From assembly GCA_966128725.1 (NCBI GenBank), contig CBHYLN010000002.1:23711-87710 (forward strand): a DNA stretch of 64,000 bases, in the 5' to 3' direction. How positions within the stretch are numbered: the first letter of the stretch is position 1; the number at the start of each line of letters is the position of its first letter. The translations under genes were made by a program, and so were the position numbers. Origin of the DNA: an uncultured bacterium (lineage in GTDB: Bacteria > Bacteroidota > Ignavibacteria > OLB7). This document shows, piece by piece, positions 49,101-57,756 of the stretch. Below the pieces are notes generated by a model. The model was not told where the DNA came from. It saw only the letters and a list, made by a program, of their open reading frames with translations, and ran no database searches.

Positions 49101-51960
49101 TATGATCGCGGTATGGAAATACGCCGAAGGCAGCACTTGGACCTCTTCGGCATGGCGCAAGGCGGATGCCCAAGGGGTCTGGCGCGACACCCTTACCGCG
49201 GCCGATGCAGCGCGCGGGCGCCTGTACGTTGTTGCGATGCAGCGTGTTAACGGCGCCTCGAATGCAAACTTCGCGTACCAGCCTTCCTGGGTGATGTCGC
49301 CCAGCAGCGCGGTGATGATCGGCCTTCCAAAGTTGACCGTTGCCAATGACACGGTGGACTTCGGCTGCATCCACTATACGCTGTGCAAGGATACGGATGT
49401 TGTGATCGCCAACCCCGGCGACCTTGGCGATCTTGTGCTTTCCAACATTCGCATCGAGGGGCCTGATTCGGCTCGATTCGTGTTGAGCAATGCACGTGTC
49501 AACCGAGTTGTGCGGGCCGGCACGTCCGATCCCATCACCATATCCTTCTGCCCTGGCGGTAAGGGAGTCTATCAGGCCGAGCTGGTGATGGAGACAAATT
49601 TGTCGTGGCAGCCGCAGCGTCGCATTCGTTTGGAAGGATGTGGCACCAGTGGTTTGTGGTCGCCAACGGTGGCTGCGTTGGATCTTGGGCGGGTATGCCC
49701 GGGCCAGTGCTCCGAGCAACGATTGACGGTGACCAACAGCGGCAATGCTCCGCTTGTTGTTGGCGCGCTGGGCTTCGATCCGGGTGTGGTGAGCGCTTCG
49801 ATAATATCTGGCGCCACGCCTGCTATTGCTCCCGGAACCTCGCGCGCCATCGTTCTGCGCCTGTGCCCGAAGCGCTTTGTGCCGGATTCGATGGTGATTT
49901 CGCTGGCTGGCAACTCGGTTGATGGTCCGCTTACGGTTATCGCACGCGCCGCCAATGCACGTCCGCAGCTCGACATCCCGTTCGATGTGGACTTCGGTAA
50001 GGTGTTCCTGGGCGGTGCCGAGCGCTGCAGCACGGCGACCATTGTTATCCGCAACCTGAGCACGGTTGTTCCGATGCGGATCAGCAACCTTGAAACCTCG
50101 TCGCCGCAGTTCACGATTCTGTCGCCGGCTCCTGGCTCCTACGATGTTGCTCCGGGAGGCTTCCTGCCGGTTAACGTCACCTTCTGTCCTGGCATTGCCG
50201 GGGTATACGGTGATGTGCTGCGCATGCAGATAGTGTCCGATGACTGCCGCACCGATACGGTTGTGCAACTGCGCGGCATTGGCGCCGAGCGCCAGGCCCG
50301 TTACGTTATCGAGGAACCCGGCCCATCGATCGGCACGTTGCAGTTCGCGCCCACGCTGGTTGGCGAAACCTCGCCACGGCGCGAGATCGTTATTCGCAAT
50401 GTTGGCGACGCCGAGGGCGATCCCATCAGTGCCACCGTAAGTGATGGTGCCTCGGAGTTCTCCGTGGAGACGAACACGATCCGTGGTATTCCTGCCGGTG
50501 ACGTCGCCCGCCTTGGCGTTGTGATGCATCCAACAGCCGCAGGCATCCGCAGTGGGCGCGTGGAGCTTTCCTCGGTGCAGCCCATCTGGGGCGATGCAGT
50601 ATTGCTGAATGGCCTGGCCACGCAGCCCGGGCTGCAGATCGATGCAAGCGTGATCGACCTGGGTGAGATATGTGTGGGCGAACAATCGTCGCCCGCAACG
50701 CTGGAGATCTCCAACAACGGGACTTCACCGGCAACAATTACCGGCATGGCTCATGGTGGACGCTTCCTGGTTTCAGGATTGCCGGTGGCATTCCCGTATG
50801 CGCTTGTCCCGGGTCAGAAGCTGCACATTGAGTTCCGAGCCCTTGCCGTTGACGAAGGGCCGATAGCCGATGAATTGGTTATTGAACAGGGCGGCGGCAT
50901 GCCGTTCCGAGTTACGTTGACCGCGCAGGGTATTCGTGGGCATCTGCTTACCAGCCAGTCGGCATTTGATATGGGCTGCATCCCAACGGGTGATGTAAGC
51001 CGGAGCATGTTTGTGCTGACCAATACGGGCAAGTGCCCGCTAACGGTTTCCGGGTTCACGGGGCTTGACAATGGATTCTTCGAGATAAGCCCGTCGGGCG
51101 CTCCGATCGTACTGCAACCGGGCCAGCAGCAGTCCTATACCGTACAATATCAGGCCGGAACAGCCGATGCGTTTACCACGGTGTCGGTGGTAAGCAATGC
51201 GCCCGAGGCAATCACGTTGTCGCTTACGGGCAGGGTGTGTAATTCGGCCGAACGGCGATTTGCGATAGCGTTGCCGTCCGATGCGACCGCGGCGGTTGGC
51301 GATACGTTCAGCCTGCCCGTCGTCGCAACGCTTACGCCTGCGGCTTCGTTCGACCTGTCATACGCGATAACGCTTTCCTATGCCTACGATCTGTTGGTAC
51401 CACGGATTGGTGCGCGTTACGATGCAGTGCCGATTGCAAGCCTGGCAAGCGGAACGATAAGCGATGCGGTTGCCATGGAGGAGATTACGCCCGGCCGACT
51501 TCTGCTTACCGGTACCATTCGGGCCGGTGCCACATCGGGTGTGCTGGCCCGCATCCCAATGAAAGTTCTGTTGGGATCAACGTATGCGACGCCTATCGCA
51601 GTAGCCGGCCTGCAGACCCAGCCGGCAATGCTGTACGGGGGCCAGAATGGCTTCTTCCGGGCAACTGGATGCGACACGGCCGGCGTGGTTGTAACCGGCA
51701 ATTATCTGCTTCGGCAGAATGTCCCCAACCCATTCCATCCAAGCACGGTGATTAGTTATACGATTGCCCGGCAGGAGCGAGTGGTGCTGAATCTGTACGA
51801 TGCCAGTGGCGCACTCATCAGGACATTGTTCGACGCGGTGCAGCCTGCTGGCAGCCACGAATTCCATTTTGATGCGTCGGGTATTCCAAGCGGTGTCTAC
51901 ACGTATGAGATTGTCAGTGGTCGGTATCGTGCCGCGCGCAGAATGGTGTTGACGGACTGA
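46162..51960 (+). CDS. Giant (1932 aa) T9SS-secreted surface protein: N-terminal domain, Gly-rich beta-helix-like repeat region, six tandem Ig-like choice-of-anchor-D/ASH-type domains, and a T9SS C-terminal sorting domain
   Basis: GTG start with an RRLSRRVLLSVVALLLLVAANAGAQ signal. Gly-rich block at ~aa 675-935. Six ~105-aa repeats with the pattern DFG.V..G......I.N.G...L.IS...SP.F......P..L.PG....V.F.P...G.Y. The C-terminus LLRQNVPNPFHPSTVISYTI...LYDASGALIRTL...GSHEFHFDASGIPSGVYTYEIVSG is a textbook T9SS CTD. Confidence 0.8.
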   Translation: MRYANTDTAENRDISGLIRRLSRRVLLSVVALLLLVAANAGAQNGRWDWSAVTYRGPSKHGTRLFVDRWGHTHVVWVAQSIWSSLSDWNSQDPNNSRAGYQLFYSSDASGVFSAPIQATEAVTSGSLFLRTNQPAPVVFQIDQQGAVHLAYLANSDGHPSLFYTSNALGAGTMGQNVRRQFITDKPPITDLALSTDTLGFDMAVDTLGSAHFTWVEWVGSVAKVYYTSPREFWQPLQVAEFECSGMTGACRVGKPDIEVDRRGRAVIVVRNVVKGAGGIRLIRQNKPGVFDTPRWLQAFPYGDVLDGAAASDLRVRMAIDSSNRIHLVLPYVDRSTPGRNRLLYVMADTTSRDSALANDPANVIGDARPLTDAPLDAAPLDFDISYNAGDRIVVGWTTRTTGAPVRIGFAELAPAGQLPVPAWQTTAFSMDALGRFGSNAPLWKDEIRVGMSGDRIVLGGLHEPRNAAPSEKGVSHVAIVRRTSIAPRIRYIHPDAAAPGMNVGVEVFAHTDERGSFGRDTLGGAAVELANPGDAARVIVGPTVVSWDGRLASAMIFVKPGAAAGPVPLRVRVGSSISNVDTFYVVNPSHVGNLSGGGFIAAPRSRRGVMVVDSLILSAGVFKIDTADTDPLTPGNQGFLPVTILASGPVRIETNATLSVSAFVDPIRKVTYAGPGGGGGGTGGLLTGGSGYTGGGGVVFQNGRWLMGNSTGAGSEHSGFWNGGGGLNGVPGGISFFEAPSGGGTGHPFGASGLFGQILPTMPVERDTGGYAGGTAGGNVYLVSINSNVAAGGGGGGNASNGVKGSDNSGLNHDNAGRAVGSRQLVPFAGGSGGGGGASSALQSNGGSGGGAISIVSFGGISVFGAITADGCDGIGGSNRDAGGGGGSGGSIMLAAVDSVFIGPLAQLSVNGGNGGRSELPGAHGGAGGIGRIRVDGRVAGGGAIDLRNYNTFNGPGGPSGSSMQARQYSVITGYATPDSMIAVWKYAEGSTWTSSAWRKADAQGVWRDTLTAADAARGRLYVVAMQRVNGASNANFAYQPSWVMSPSSAVMIGLPKLTVANDTVDFGCIHYTLCKDTDVVIANPGDLGDLVLSNIRIEGPDSARFVLSNARVNRVVRAGTSDPITISFCPGGKGVYQAELVMETNLSWQPQRRIRLEGCGTSGLWSPTVAALDLGRVCPGQCSEQRLTVTNSGNAPLVVGALGFDPGVVSASIISGATPAIAPGTSRAIVLRLCPKRFVPDSMVISLAGNSVDGPLTVIARAANARPQLDIPFDVDFGKVFLGGAERCSTATIVIRNLSTVVPMRISNLETSSPQFTILSPAPGSYDVAPGGFLPVNVTFCPGIAGVYGDVLRMQIVSDDCRTDTVVQLRGIGAERQARYVIEEPGPSIGTLQFAPTLVGETSPRREIVIRNVGDAEGDPISATVSDGASEFSVETNTIRGIPAGDVARLGVVMHPTAAGIRSGRVELSSVQPIWGDAVLLNGLATQPGLQIDASVIDLGEICVGEQSSPATLEISNNGTSPATITGMAHGGRFLVSGLPVAFPYALVPGQKLHIEFRALAVDEGPIADELVIEQGGGMPFRVTLTAQGIRGHLLTSQSAFDMGCIPTGDVSRSMFVLTNTGKCPLTVSGFTGLDNGFFEISPSGAPIVLQPGQQQSYTVQYQAGTADAFTTVSVVSNAPEAITLSLTGRVCNSAERRFAIALPSDATAAVGDTFSLPVVATLTPAASFDLSYAITLSYAYDLLVPRIGARYDAVPIASLASGTISDAVAMEEITPGRLLLTGTIRAGATSGVLARIPMKVLLGSTYATPIAVAGLQTQPAMLYGGQNGFFRATGCDTAGVVVTGNYLLRQNVPNPFHPSTVISYTIARQERVVLNLYDASGALIRTLFDAVQPAGSHEFHFDASGIPSGVYTYEIVSGRYRAARRMVLTD

Positions 51961-52018
51961 TCTGGTGGCTGTAATGCCCGAGCGTACCGATCACGCACAT
52001 CGCGTGTCAAGTTTCAAT

Positions 52019-52047
52019 GGGGTGGCAGTAGATGCCGCCCCTTTTTA
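52019..52047 (+). terminator. Rho-independent terminator of the giant gene, overlapping the stop codon of the convergent GT9 gene
   Basis: GGGGUGGC-AGUAGAU-GCCGCCCC followed by UUUUU. Confidence 0.6.
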
Positions 52048-53118
52048 GTTCGTGCCCAGCAGTTCCATCACGGCATCGGTGATCTCCTGCGGTGACAACG
52101 TTGATGTATCCGATGATGGGGCCGTGATCGAGCGGTGCGCAACCCCAAGCGGGCCCCAGCCGGCCTGGTTTACCGCCGGTGTGTACAATGCCACGGTTGG
52201 GGTGCTGGTCGCCGACGCAATATGTACGATCGATGTATCGGGTGTGACGATTACGCGGGCCATTGCGATTGCCGCCACCGCAACACCAAGACTGGGTGTT
52301 GCCAGTGCCGTGGCGCCGCTGCTTGTGGCAATTGCCGCTACACGCTCGCCAGCTTCCGGCGCGCCCATAACCACAACGGTATAACCCAGTTGTCCGATAC
52401 GCCGGGCCAGCTCGGCATTCAGCTCGTCGGGCAGTTCGCGGTCGGCCGTGCCCGACGAGATGTTCAGCATCACAAACGTATGCTCGGCAATCCCGAGCGC
52501 TGACAGGGCCGTATGCGCTGCGATGCGGTCGGCATTCGATATCGGGATACTGTACCCTGGCCGTTCAATCGGGTGGTCGAAGGCAAATCCGTTTGCGAAC
52601 ACCAGGTAGGTGCGGTCGGCGAAATGGGGCGCGGCGGTGTCCACCGCATGGTCGAACAAGCGCTCGTGCCCCACTACGTGTTGCCCGATGGTTCTTCCCT
52701 TGGGCGTAAGGATTGCGCTCAGCAGGGCGGGCAGGGTTGTTTGTCCCAACACGAGCTGCAGCGTTGCATCAAACGATCGGCGACGGCATGCCCGAACAAT
52801 GCCCAGCCTGTTCAGGAATGAGCCACCCCACACCCACACATGCGAGATACGAGGATCGTGCCTGAAGAACGCGGCGTTTGCCGGCGATGCCAATACGTCG
52901 ATCTCGACCCCTGGAGCAACCGTGTGCAGGGCCTCGATAATCGGAGTGCTTATTACGGCATCGCCAAGGCGATCGTGCCGGATAAGCAGCACGCGGCGCA
53001 GCGATGCGGCGGCTAGGAGCGGTTGGCCCGTTGCGCGCCCTGCCAGCGCGGCCAGCAGCCGAAGGATAACCGCGCGGGCACCGTGGGGAGTATGTCTGGT
53101 TTGCGTCACCGGGCGCAA
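52045..53118 (-). CDS. Glycosyltransferase family 9 (LPS heptosyltransferase-like)
   Basis: RVLLIRHDRLGDAVISTPIIEAL N-terminal signature and the GT-B fold pattern. Confidence 0.65.
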   Translation of the reverse strand: MRPVTQTRHTPHGARAVILRLLAALAGRATGQPLLAAASLRRVLLIRHDRLGDAVISTPIIEALHTVAPGVEIDVLASPANAAFFRHDPRISHVWVWGGSFLNRLGIVRACRRRSFDATLQLVLGQTTLPALLSAILTPKGRTIGQHVVGHERLFDHAVDTAAPHFADRTYLVFANGFAFDHPIERPGYSIPISNADRIAAHTALSALGIAEHTFVMLNISSGTADRELPDELNAELARRIGQLGYTVVVMGAPEAGERVAAIATSSGATALATPSLGVAVAAIAMARVIVTPDTSIVHIASATSTPTVALYTPAVNQAGWGPLGVAHRSITAPSSDTSTLSPQEITDAVMELLGTN

Positions 53119-53402
53119 AGATCACCATCGGTGCACGACTTCGCAACCGTTGCCGCCCGTTGAGGCCAACATCGTGGTGTTGCCATACCATGCCATTGTT
53201 GCCTGCATTGGTCTGTGCCCGGCTCGATATCCGTTTCGTGTTCATCAATGTTGCTCATTGATGTTGGCTGCAAGGTACCTTTTGCACCTCGTGCTCGATT
53301 GGGTATCTTAGGCCCCCTTACCATTCCGGCCGCGATGATATCGTCGGTCGGGGTCCGCTCCGAGTTCGGAGCGCAACTCCACGCAAATTCTAGAAGCAGA
53401 CG

Positions 53403-54092
53403 ATGCCGTCGGCAATTGTACTTACGTTTATCGGGCATTCGGCGTGGCTTATCGAGCACGGCGAGCATCGCATTCTGATCGATCCGTTCATTACCGGCAA
53501 TCCCGTTGCCACGGTGAGCGCGAACGACATGCAGCCAACACATATCGTGCTGTCGCATGCCCACGGGGATCATCTTGGCGATACGATTCCGATTGCGATT
53601 CGCACCGGCGCTCAGGTGATTGCGACGTTCGAGCTGGCCAATTACCTTGCCGCGCAGGGCGTGCAGCAAACCGTTGGTATGGGCATCGGCGGCGCGCGGG
53701 ATTTCTCGTTCGGTCGGTTGAGGTTCACGCCGGCGATTCACAGCTCAACAACGCCCGACGGAACACCCTGTGGCAATCCTGCGGGGCTGGTGTTTACCAT
53801 CGATGGGCGCACCGTGTACCATGCCGGCGACACGGCGCTGTTCTCGGATATGAAGCTCATTGGTCAGCGCGATGCGATCGACGTAGCGCTGTTGCCGATT
53901 GGTGATTTCTTTACGATGGGGATCGACGATGCTGTTATCGCGGCGGAGTTCCTTGCGCCGAAGCTTGTGATCCCCATGCATTACAACACCTTCCCTCCGA
54001 TTGCTGTTGACTCCGCGCGTTTCATAGCCGCGTTGGAATCACGTGGCATTCCAGGCCAACTGCTTGCACCGGGTGCTTCCCACACGATGTAA
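53403..54092 (+). CDS. MBL-fold metal-dependent hydrolase (UPF0173-like)
   Basis: LTFIGHSAWLIE...ILIDPF...HIVLSHAHGDHLGD metallo-beta-lactamase motifs. 229 aa. Confidence 0.75.
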   Translation: MPSAIVLTFIGHSAWLIEHGEHRILIDPFITGNPVATVSANDMQPTHIVLSHAHGDHLGDTIPIAIRTGAQVIATFELANYLAAQGVQQTVGMGIGGARDFSFGRLRFTPAIHSSTTPDGTPCGNPAGLVFTIDGRTVYHAGDTALFSDMKLIGQRDAIDVALLPIGDFFTMGIDDAVIAAEFLAPKLVIPMHYNTFPPIAVDSARFIAALESRGIPGQLLAPGASHTM

Positions 54093-54119
54093 GCGGACGG
54101 CATCGCGTTATGGTGCGCG

Positions 54120-54770
54120 GTGCCTGCGATGAAACACGATGCCGTTGTGCGCCTGCTTATGACACCCGTTACCAACAATCCCGATATCGTACTTCCGTGG
54201 GAGACGCTGGCGCGCGAAACCTTCGCCGATTGTCGCATCTTCTCAATCGAGAAGGTCCGGCGGCGCAGCAGCGCCAGCGGTCGCGAGGGCGATTTCTTCA
54301 CGATCGTCAGCAACGACTGGGTAAACGTTGTGGCGATTACGCCGGGGAACGAGTTGGTGCTGATCCGTCAGTATCGCCAGGGCTCCAACGAGATCACCCT
54401 TGAGATCCCTGGCGGGATCGTCGACGAGGGAGAGGATCCGATTGATGCCGCGCGACGCGAGCTGTTGGAGGAAACCGGGTACTCGTGCGCCAGCGCCATG
54501 CTGATTGGGCGCGTGCGACCGAACCCGGCGATCATGAACAATTGGGCATACACGGTACTGGCCACCGGGCTCTCCGAGCCGAGTGGTCAGGAGCTCGACG
54601 AACACGAGGAGATCGATGTATGCACGCTTCCGGTGGAACACGTTGAATCCATGCTGCGCGAGGGAGTGATAACGCACTCCCTCGTTGTGAACGCACTTCT
54701 CTGGTATAAACTGAACGGAATCTCGAGTGGCCAGGCCTTGGGAGCCACGACAGGAACGATTGATGGGTAA
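54120..54770 (+). CDS. NUDIX hydrolase
   Basis: Nudix box [23 protein letters not shown]. Confidence 0.8.
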   Translation: MPAMKHDAVVRLLMTPVTNNPDIVLPWETLARETFADCRIFSIEKVRRRSSASGREGDFFTIVSNDWVNVVAITPGNELVLIRQYRQGSNEITLEIPGGIVDEGEDPIDAARRELLEETGYSCASAMLIGRVRPNPAIMNNWAYTVLATGLSEPSGQELDEHEEIDVCTLPVEHVESMLREGVITHSLVVNALLWYKLNGISSGQALGATTGTIDG

Positions 54771-55740
54771 AGTAATAGCGATAGCGAATCAGAAGGGAGG
54801 CGTTGGCAAGACCACAACGGCCGTGAACCTTGCGGCCTCGCTGGCTGCGGCCGAGCAGCCCACGTTGTTGATCGATATCGACGCCCAGGCAAACGCTTCC
54901 AGTGGGCTGGGAATCGATTCGCAGAAGCTGAACAAGACGATCTACGAAGTGATTGTCGATGGGATTTCCCCTGCGGATGCTGCGCTTAAAACGGAGCTGC
55001 CGTGTCTGGATGTTATCCCGGCCCATATCAATCTTGTTGGCGCCGAAATCGAGATGATCGACGTTCCGAATCGCGAGCGTGTGCTGGCGCGCGCGTTGGA
55101 ACCGATGCGCCGCGTGTACACGTACATCATCATCGATTGCCCGCCTTCGCTCAGCCTTCTTACGCTGAATGCGCTGACCGCGGCGGACTCGATCCTTATC
55201 CCCGTGCAGTGTGAATATTATGCGCTGGAGGGGTTGGGGCAGCTCCTCAATACGGTCTCGATCGTCAAGAAGCATCTTAACCCGGCACTGGATATCGAAG
55301 GCGTCCTGTTGACCATGTTCGACAGCCGGCTTCGTCTGTCCAATCAGGTTGCCGGCGAGGTGCGCCGCTATTTCGGCGACAAGGTGTTCCAGACCATGAT
55401 CACGCGGAACGTGCGCCTGAGCGAGGCCCCAAGCCACGGCAAGCCGGTACTGCTGTACGATGCGCTGTCGATCGGCACCAAGAACTACATTGATCTCGCC
55501 ACGGAGATTCTTCGGCGTGATGGCTTGCTCCCGAATGCGGAAGCAAGCGAGCCCGGATCGCCTGCTGTTTCCACCGCGCGGGCTTCGCGTCCGCAGGCCG
55601 GGCGCGTGCGCCCGTCGGCCGAGATGCCGGCGGGATCGGATGATGTTTCCGATGAGCCTGCCGCAACGGACGATGTGGCCGATACTCCCGACGCGATCCG
55701 CGACGACCAATCGTCGACCGACCATTCATCGTTACGTTGA
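54763..55740 (+). CDS. parA: Chromosome partitioning ATPase ParA/Soj
   Basis: ATG at 54763 gives [28 protein letters not shown]. Followed directly by parB. Confidence 0.9.
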   Translation: MGKVIAIANQKGGVGKTTTAVNLAASLAAAEQPTLLIDIDAQANASSGLGIDSQKLNKTIYEVIVDGISPADAALKTELPCLDVIPAHINLVGAEIEMIDVPNRERVLARALEPMRRVYTYIIIDCPPSLSLLTLNALTAADSILIPVQCEYYALEGLGQLLNTVSIVKKHLNPALDIEGVLLTMFDSRLRLSNQVAGEVRRYFGDKVFQTMITRNVRLSEAPSHGKPVLLYDALSIGTKNYIDLATEILRRDGLLPNAEASEPGSPAVSTARASRPQAGRVRPSAEMPAGSDDVSDEPAATDDVADTPDAIRDDQSSTDHSSLR

Positions 55741-55750
55741 TACTGGCACG

Positions 55751-56707
55751 ATGAGCAAGAGCAAGACAGCATTAGGACGAGGCCTGCAGGCGCTGTTGTC
55801 CACGAGCGTGCCGGAGATCACACCCGAGGTTCGTGATGAGTTGCCACGCGACGACGGTCAGTCGGTTGGCACGATCTGCTTTGTGGATATCCAGAAGGTG
55901 CGGCGCAATCCCTTCCAGCCGCGCATCGATTTCAACGTTGACGCGCTGCGGGAGCTGACGCAATCGATTCAGGAGAACGGCGTGATCCAGCCGATCACCG
56001 TTCGCCGGGTTGATGGCGGCTTTGAACTGGTATCCGGCGAGCGCCGTGTTCGTGCCTCGATTGATGCCGGGCTGACGCAGATCCCGGCATACATTCTCAA
56101 CGTGGAATCCGATCGCGCCATGATGGAGTTGGCGCTGATCGAGAACGTTCAACGCGAGAATCTTAACCCGATCGAAGTTGCACTGGGGTACCAGCGGCTA
56201 CTGAAGGAGTGCGATCTTACACAGGAAGATGTGGCCCAGAAGGTGGGCAAGGACCGCTCCACGGTTACCAACTTCATCCGATTGCTGAAACTGCCGGAGC
56301 CGATTCAGAGCTCGTTGCGCAACAACGAGATATCGATGGGACACGCTCGTGCGTTGTTGACGATTCCGGAAGACGGCGAGCGGCTGGCGGTATGGCGTAA
56401 GGTTCGCGACGAAGGGCTTTCGGTGCGCCGAACCGAACAGGTGGCCAAGGTTGCCGCCGAATCCGGTACGCGTGGCCCTAAAGCCAAAGCAGCCGCGCGC
56501 GCCTCGGCTGCCGATGATGCTCCGAACGAGCCCGGCCTGTCGCTTACGTACTCCGAGTTCTCAACGCGATTGCAGCAGGTTCTGGGGACGCAGGTGCGCA
56601 TTCGTGCGGCTGCCACTGGTGAGGGCACAATTGCGATCGACTTCTATTCCAACGAGGATTTTGAACGCCTGATGGAACTGCTCGAGATCATCGAGCGTCA
56701 CGCGTAG
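55751..56707 (+). CDS. parB: Chromosome partitioning protein ParB/Spo0J
   Basis: ATG at 55751 gives MSKSKTALGRGLQALL...; ParB box GERRVRAS and an HTH. Confidence 0.9.
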   Translation: MSKSKTALGRGLQALLSTSVPEITPEVRDELPRDDGQSVGTICFVDIQKVRRNPFQPRIDFNVDALRELTQSIQENGVIQPITVRRVDGGFELVSGERRVRASIDAGLTQIPAYILNVESDRAMMELALIENVQRENLNPIEVALGYQRLLKECDLTQEDVAQKVGKDRSTVTNFIRLLKLPEPIQSSLRNNEISMGHARALLTIPEDGERLAVWRKVRDEGLSVRRTEQVAKVAAESGTRGPKAKAAARASAADDAPNEPGLSLTYSEFSTRLQQVLGTQVRIRAAATGEGTIAIDFYSNEDFERLMELLEIIERHA

Positions 56708-56723
56708 TGTTGCCGAACTGCAA

Positions 56724-57299
56724 ATGGAAATGACCGACTACCTCGCGATTCTCGGCATGATTGCCGGTGGAGCCTATCTGGTGATGGCGGTGCTCGCCTT
56801 CAACCGGTCGCGGCAGCGTCATGCCGAAGCCGCCCAATCGGGTTCCGCGCAGGTTATTCTCAGCATCGAGGATGCAGGGCTGCAGGAGGGGGAGTCAACT
56901 TCCGATCGCATGCACAAGCTGGCAGGATTCTGTGCCTCGATCGGACGTCGTGTGTTCGCCGAGGATTTCGACTTTACGGTTGAAAGCCTTGCACGGGTGG
57001 ATCGTGTTATCGTTGCCGGCTGGGGGAACGTCGAGCCCGACGAAATTAACCCCATGGTGATACAGTCCTTTGGCGCATACGTGGGTGAGGTTCTTTCGCG
57101 GCGTACGCGCGGGCGGTGGGTGAGCGGCATGACCGACTCCGACCCCGCAACCATCTTGTTCCTGGCGCCCAACGACGAAACCGTAAGTGTCTCTCCGTTC
57201 CTGCTGGTACGCGAGAAATTTGAACGGATGTATCAGTTCGATCTCTCCATTGCGTTTACCGCGCTCGAGCAGAAGCTGAAGGAGTTGAAGGTGGCATGA
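56724..57299 (+). CDS. Hypothetical membrane protein downstream of parB
   Basis: N-terminal TM YLAILGMIAGGAYLVMAVLAF. No recognisable family. High GC3. Confidence 0.45.
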   Translation: MEMTDYLAILGMIAGGAYLVMAVLAFNRSRQRHAEAAQSGSAQVILSIEDAGLQEGESTSDRMHKLAGFCASIGRRVFAEDFDFTVESLARVDRVIVAGWGNVEPDEINPMVIQSFGAYVGEVLSRRTRGRWVSGMTDSDPATILFLAPNDETVSVSPFLLVREKFERMYQFDLSIAFTALEQKLKELKVA

Positions 57300-57718
57300 T
57301 TCACCATCAGACGCGGATACGGGTTCGGTATCCCGACACCGACAAGATGGGAGTTGTGTACCACGGGGTGTACGTGGAGTACCTTGAAACGGGCCGTACC
57401 GAAATGATGCGCGAGCTGGGCCTTGCCAACTCGGCGTTGGAATCCAGCGGTGTGATGCTGCCTGTGCTGGATGTCGTGCTTTCGATTCGTCGGCCGGCGC
57501 GCTACGACGAGATCCTTACCGTGCATACGTTTGTGCGCCGCCAGATTGGTGCTCGCATGGTGCTGGAGTACGAGATTCGCCGCGACGACGAGCTGCTGGT
57601 TACCGGCAGTACCTCGCATGCGTTTACCACTGTCGACACGATGAAGCCTGTCCGCCCGCCACGCGAGTTTCTCGCGATGATCGCAGCTGGCGATGATGGG
57701 ACAGGTCTGGCAGGCTGA
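57296..57718 (+). CDS. Acyl-CoA thioesterase, YbgC/FadM-like (hotdog fold)
   Basis: RVRYPDTDKMGVVYHGVYVEYLE is characteristic of the 4HBT family. Confidence 0.8.
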   Translation: MIHHQTRIRVRYPDTDKMGVVYHGVYVEYLETGRTEMMRELGLANSALESSGVMLPVLDVVLSIRRPARYDEILTVHTFVRRQIGARMVLEYEIRRDDELLVTGSTSHAFTTVDTMKPVRPPREFLAMIAAGDDGTGLAG

Positions 57719-57756
57719 GTAATTGATATCCCACCAATTCCGATACCCTCTTGCAG

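Noticed and set aside
48691-50685. 664-aa minus-strand ORF
   Set aside because: Antisense to the giant T9SS gene.
53106-53741. 211-aa minus-strand ORF
   Set aside because: Overlaps and is antisense to the MBL-fold hydrolase gene. Arg-rich artefact.
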